Positions 61,732-64,000 of a stretch of DNA of 64,000 nt are shown here, piece by piece. The position numbers were made by a program, and so were the translations under genes. Position 1 is the first letter of the stretch. The number at the start of each line of letters is the position of its first letter. Location: assembly GCA_965207065.1 (NCBI GenBank), contig OZ242260.1, forward strand, positions 4,256,001 through 4,320,000, written 5' to 3'. This DNA is from a bacterium. GTDB taxonomy: Bacteria; UBA8248. The notes beneath the pieces were generated by a model. That model did not search any database. It saw nothing but the letters and a program-made list of their open reading frames with translations, and was not told the origin of the DNA.

Positions 61732-62601
61732 TTACCCTTCTTCCGACGCGGAAAGCTCGCCGAGTTGGAAGCGAGTCCAGGAAGAAACCCGGATTTCCTC
61801 GCCCAAGTCCGCGCTTCTGTCTTTGAGATACGCCTGAACCGTCTTGTCGGTGTCCTTGACGAATAACTGATCAAGCAGGCAAATCTCTTTTTTGTATTTC
61901 TTGATGCGTCCTTCGACAATTTTCTCCAGAATGTTCTCGGGCTTTCCGGAATCTTTCTGCTGGGCAAGAAGAATCTCTCGCTCACTCTGCAGGACCACTT
62001 CCGGCACCTGATCTTCCGAGAGAAATTGTGGACTGCTCGCCGCGATGTGCATCGCCAGATCGTGCGCAACCCCCGCGAATCCGGCGTCATCCGCCTTCCC
62101 GGACGTTTCACATCTCAGGTCAAGCAAAACGCCAATCCGGCCGCCCGGATGAATATAGGAAGCCACCTTGCCCGAGTCGCCATCTCCCAACGAGAGGCGC
62201 TCTCCACGGTTGACGACGATGTTCTCGCCCAGTTTGGCGATAGACTCCGTGGTCACCTCTTTCAGCGCTTCGGCGAGATTTTCCCCTCCATTGTCTTTCA
62301 CATGGCTCGCTACAGTTTCGAGAAGCGCCTGAAAATCCTCGGTCCGGGCCACGAAATCGGTCTCGCAATTTACCTCGACGAGGACGCCCATGCGTCCGTC
62401 TTCTCCAAGAGAAGCATATACCTGGCCCTCGCTTGCCGCGCGCCCCGCCTTCTTGGCTGCGCTGGAAAGCCCTTTTTCCCGCAAATAACGCACTGCCTCA
62501 TCAAAATCCCCCTCGTTTTCCTTGAGGGCTTCCTTGCAATCCATGATGCCCGCACCAGTACGGGTTCTTAACTCCTTGACCATCTGAGCAGTTACTTCCA
62601 T
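61732..62601 (-). CDS. tsf: Elongation factor Ts
   Basis: VKELRTRTGAGIMDCK, EVNCETDFVA. Confidence 0.97.
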   Translation of the reverse strand: MEVTAQMVKELRTRTGAGIMDCKEALKENEGDFDEAVRYLREKGLSSAAKKAGRAASEGQVYASLGEDGRMGVLVEVNCETDFVARTEDFQALLETVASHVKDNGGENLAEALKEVTTESIAKLGENIVVNRGERLSLGDGDSGKVASYIHPGGRIGVLLDLRCETSGKADDAGFAGVAHDLAMHIAASSPQFLSEDQVPEVVLQSEREILLAQQKDSGKPENILEKIVEGRIKKYKKEICLLDQLFVKDTDKTVQAYLKDRSADLGEEIRVSSWTRFQLGELSASEEG

Positions 62602-62649
62602 GCCCTGCACCTCTCCTCATGTAATCCGGCTATCGCTAAAATACTATGG

Positions 62650-63447
62650 TTATTTCTCCGCTTTTGTTTCCCCACTGCCCGCTGCGGCGGCCGCCATCAT
62701 CTCCGCCGCCACCGAGTCGCCCGATGCGACGACGGCTTCGACGTCCTCGGCCCCAGTCTCCTTGCGCACGGTGACTCCCTCGGCAATGGCCTCCGCCACC
62801 TGCGACACGAAGAAGCGAATCGAGCGTAAGGCGTCGTCATTTCCCGGCAATATGTAATCCACACCATCAGGGTCGGAATTCGTGTCCACTACTGCGATGA
62901 CGGGAATACCAAGCTTCTTGGCCTCTCGGATTGCGTTGTATTCATGGCTCGTATCGATGACGAACATGGCCTGCGGCAGCTTGTCCATATGCTTAATTCC
63001 GCCCAGAAACTTCTCAAGCCGAGCCATGTCCTTCTCGCGCCTGACGGCCTCTTTTTTCGCCAGAAGCTCGAAGGTGCCGTCGTTCTTCATCGTCTCCAGA
63101 TCCAGAAGACGCGCGATGGAGTTTTTAATTGTCTGGAAATTCGTGAGCGTCCCGCCGAGCCAGCGTTGGGTGACGTAAGGCATCCCAACGTTCCGAGCCT
63201 CTTCCATTACGATTTCCTGGGCCTGTTGTTTCGTTCCCACAAAAAGCACTTTGCCACCCTTCGCCGCAATATCGCGAATCACCTCCCGGACGGCGTTGAA
63301 CAACTTGAGGGTTTTTTGTAGGTCGATGATGTAAATCCCGTTTCGCGCACCGAAAATATAAGGGCGCATCTTGGGGTTCCATCGGGTGGTCTGGTGCCCG
63401 AAGTGGGCGCCGGCTTCCAGCAACTCGCGCAATGTAATCGGGGTCAA
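62650..63447 (-). CDS. rpsB: 30S ribosomal protein S2
   Basis: [25 protein letters not shown]. Confidence 0.98.
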   Translation of the reverse strand: MTPITLRELLEAGAHFGHQTTRWNPKMRPYIFGARNGIYIIDLQKTLKLFNAVREVIRDIAAKGGKVLFVGTKQQAQEIVMEEARNVGMPYVTQRWLGGTLTNFQTIKNSIARLLDLETMKNDGTFELLAKKEAVRREKDMARLEKFLGGIKHMDKLPQAMFVIDTSHEYNAIREAKKLGIPVIAVVDTNSDPDGVDYILPGNDDALRSIRFFVSQVAEAIAEGVTVRKETGAEDVEAVVASGDSVAAEMMAAAAAGSGETKAEK

Positions 63448-63643
63448 GGGAACACTCCTTTTGCCCCGCCTTTCATCGAGGGGGGCCCTGCCAGCCTCTT
63501 GGCGGATGAGACCGAATTTTCAAGCATTTGATTTTGTTTGAGTAATTCGCCGAACAGTTCCGCCACCACGGCGTCCGCCACCGTTCGGCGCATGGAATGT
63601 CTCATAAGAACACCGACGATTCAAGTCTGCGAATCAAAAGCGT

Positions 63644-64000
63644 TCACGTCTTGTAGTCCGCGTTGAACCGCACATATTCCGCACTCAAATCCGTCGTCCA
63701 GAACACAGCCTCCGCATCACCGATGCCCAAGCCCAGTTCGAGGCCGTATTCGGGCTGCTTGAGCAAGGGAGCCAGGGTTTCCGCCCAACCCGGGACAGGC
63801 GCGCCGTCGCGCATTACTTCTACGTTCTCGATTCTGAGCGACATCTTCTCGGGCGCCACGTCCGCGCCGCTATAGCCGGCCGCCGCGAACATCCGGCCCC
63901 AGTTGGGCATCTCGCCATGAATGGCTGTCTTGACCAGCAGGCTTTCCGAAACCGACTTCGCGGCCAGATGCGCCTGCTCCTCGCTGGCCGCGCCCGTGAT
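63644..64000 (-). CDS. argJ: Ornithine acetyltransferase ArgJ, C-terminal part (5' end outside window)
   Basis: SLLVKTAIHGEMPNWGR, WTTDLSAEYVRFNADY. Confidence 0.9.
   Translation of the reverse strand: MTGAASEEQAHLAAKSVSESLLVKTAIHGEMPNWGRMFAAAGYSGADVAPEKMSLRIENVEVMRDGAPVPGWAETLAPLLKQPEYGLELGLGIGDAEAVFWTTDLSAEYVRFNADYKT

Overview
GC-rich bacterial chromosome segment that is mostly core genes: the 3' end of a molybdopterin oxidoreductase with a TorD-like chaperone, trmJ-like/queA/ihf, a heat-shock cluster (clpB-dnaK-cbpA-hspR-htpX-grpE-dnaJ-DUF1844-rpoZ), tRNA-Leu(CAG), ribF, tolC-ruvX-mltG-RomR-like-valS-birA-coaX, ffh-rpsP-rimM-trmD-rplS, def-fmt-rsmB-PASTA-rpe, recA, and rpsB-tsf-pyrH-frr-uppS-cdsA-dxr-pgpA-cinA-thpR. 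Gene content loosely suggests a Nitrospinota/Tectomicrobia/Deltaproteobacteria-like lineage (weak inference). Main non-routine signals: (1) a complete 4001-bp AT-rich IS1595-family passenger-carrying element (38756-42756; perfect 24-bp IRs, 8-bp TSD, inserted at a palindrome). It has a perfect sigma70 promoter on its transposase and contains a promoter-associated ~160-nt structured RNA with mutually exclusive pairings. (2) Two convergent probable selenoprotein genes truncated in the ORF track: a radical SAM protein with a C-U-A-E-P tail and an ArsC-like UxxC redoxin, each with a SECIS-like hairpin. (3) Two clusters of nested MITE/REP-like palindromes. (4) Recurrent ~10-bp-phased CGATAAATT arrays. 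(5) A candidate rod-shaped sRNA upstream of recA. All calls come from reading the sequence and recalled family motifs; no database searches or folding programs were run.
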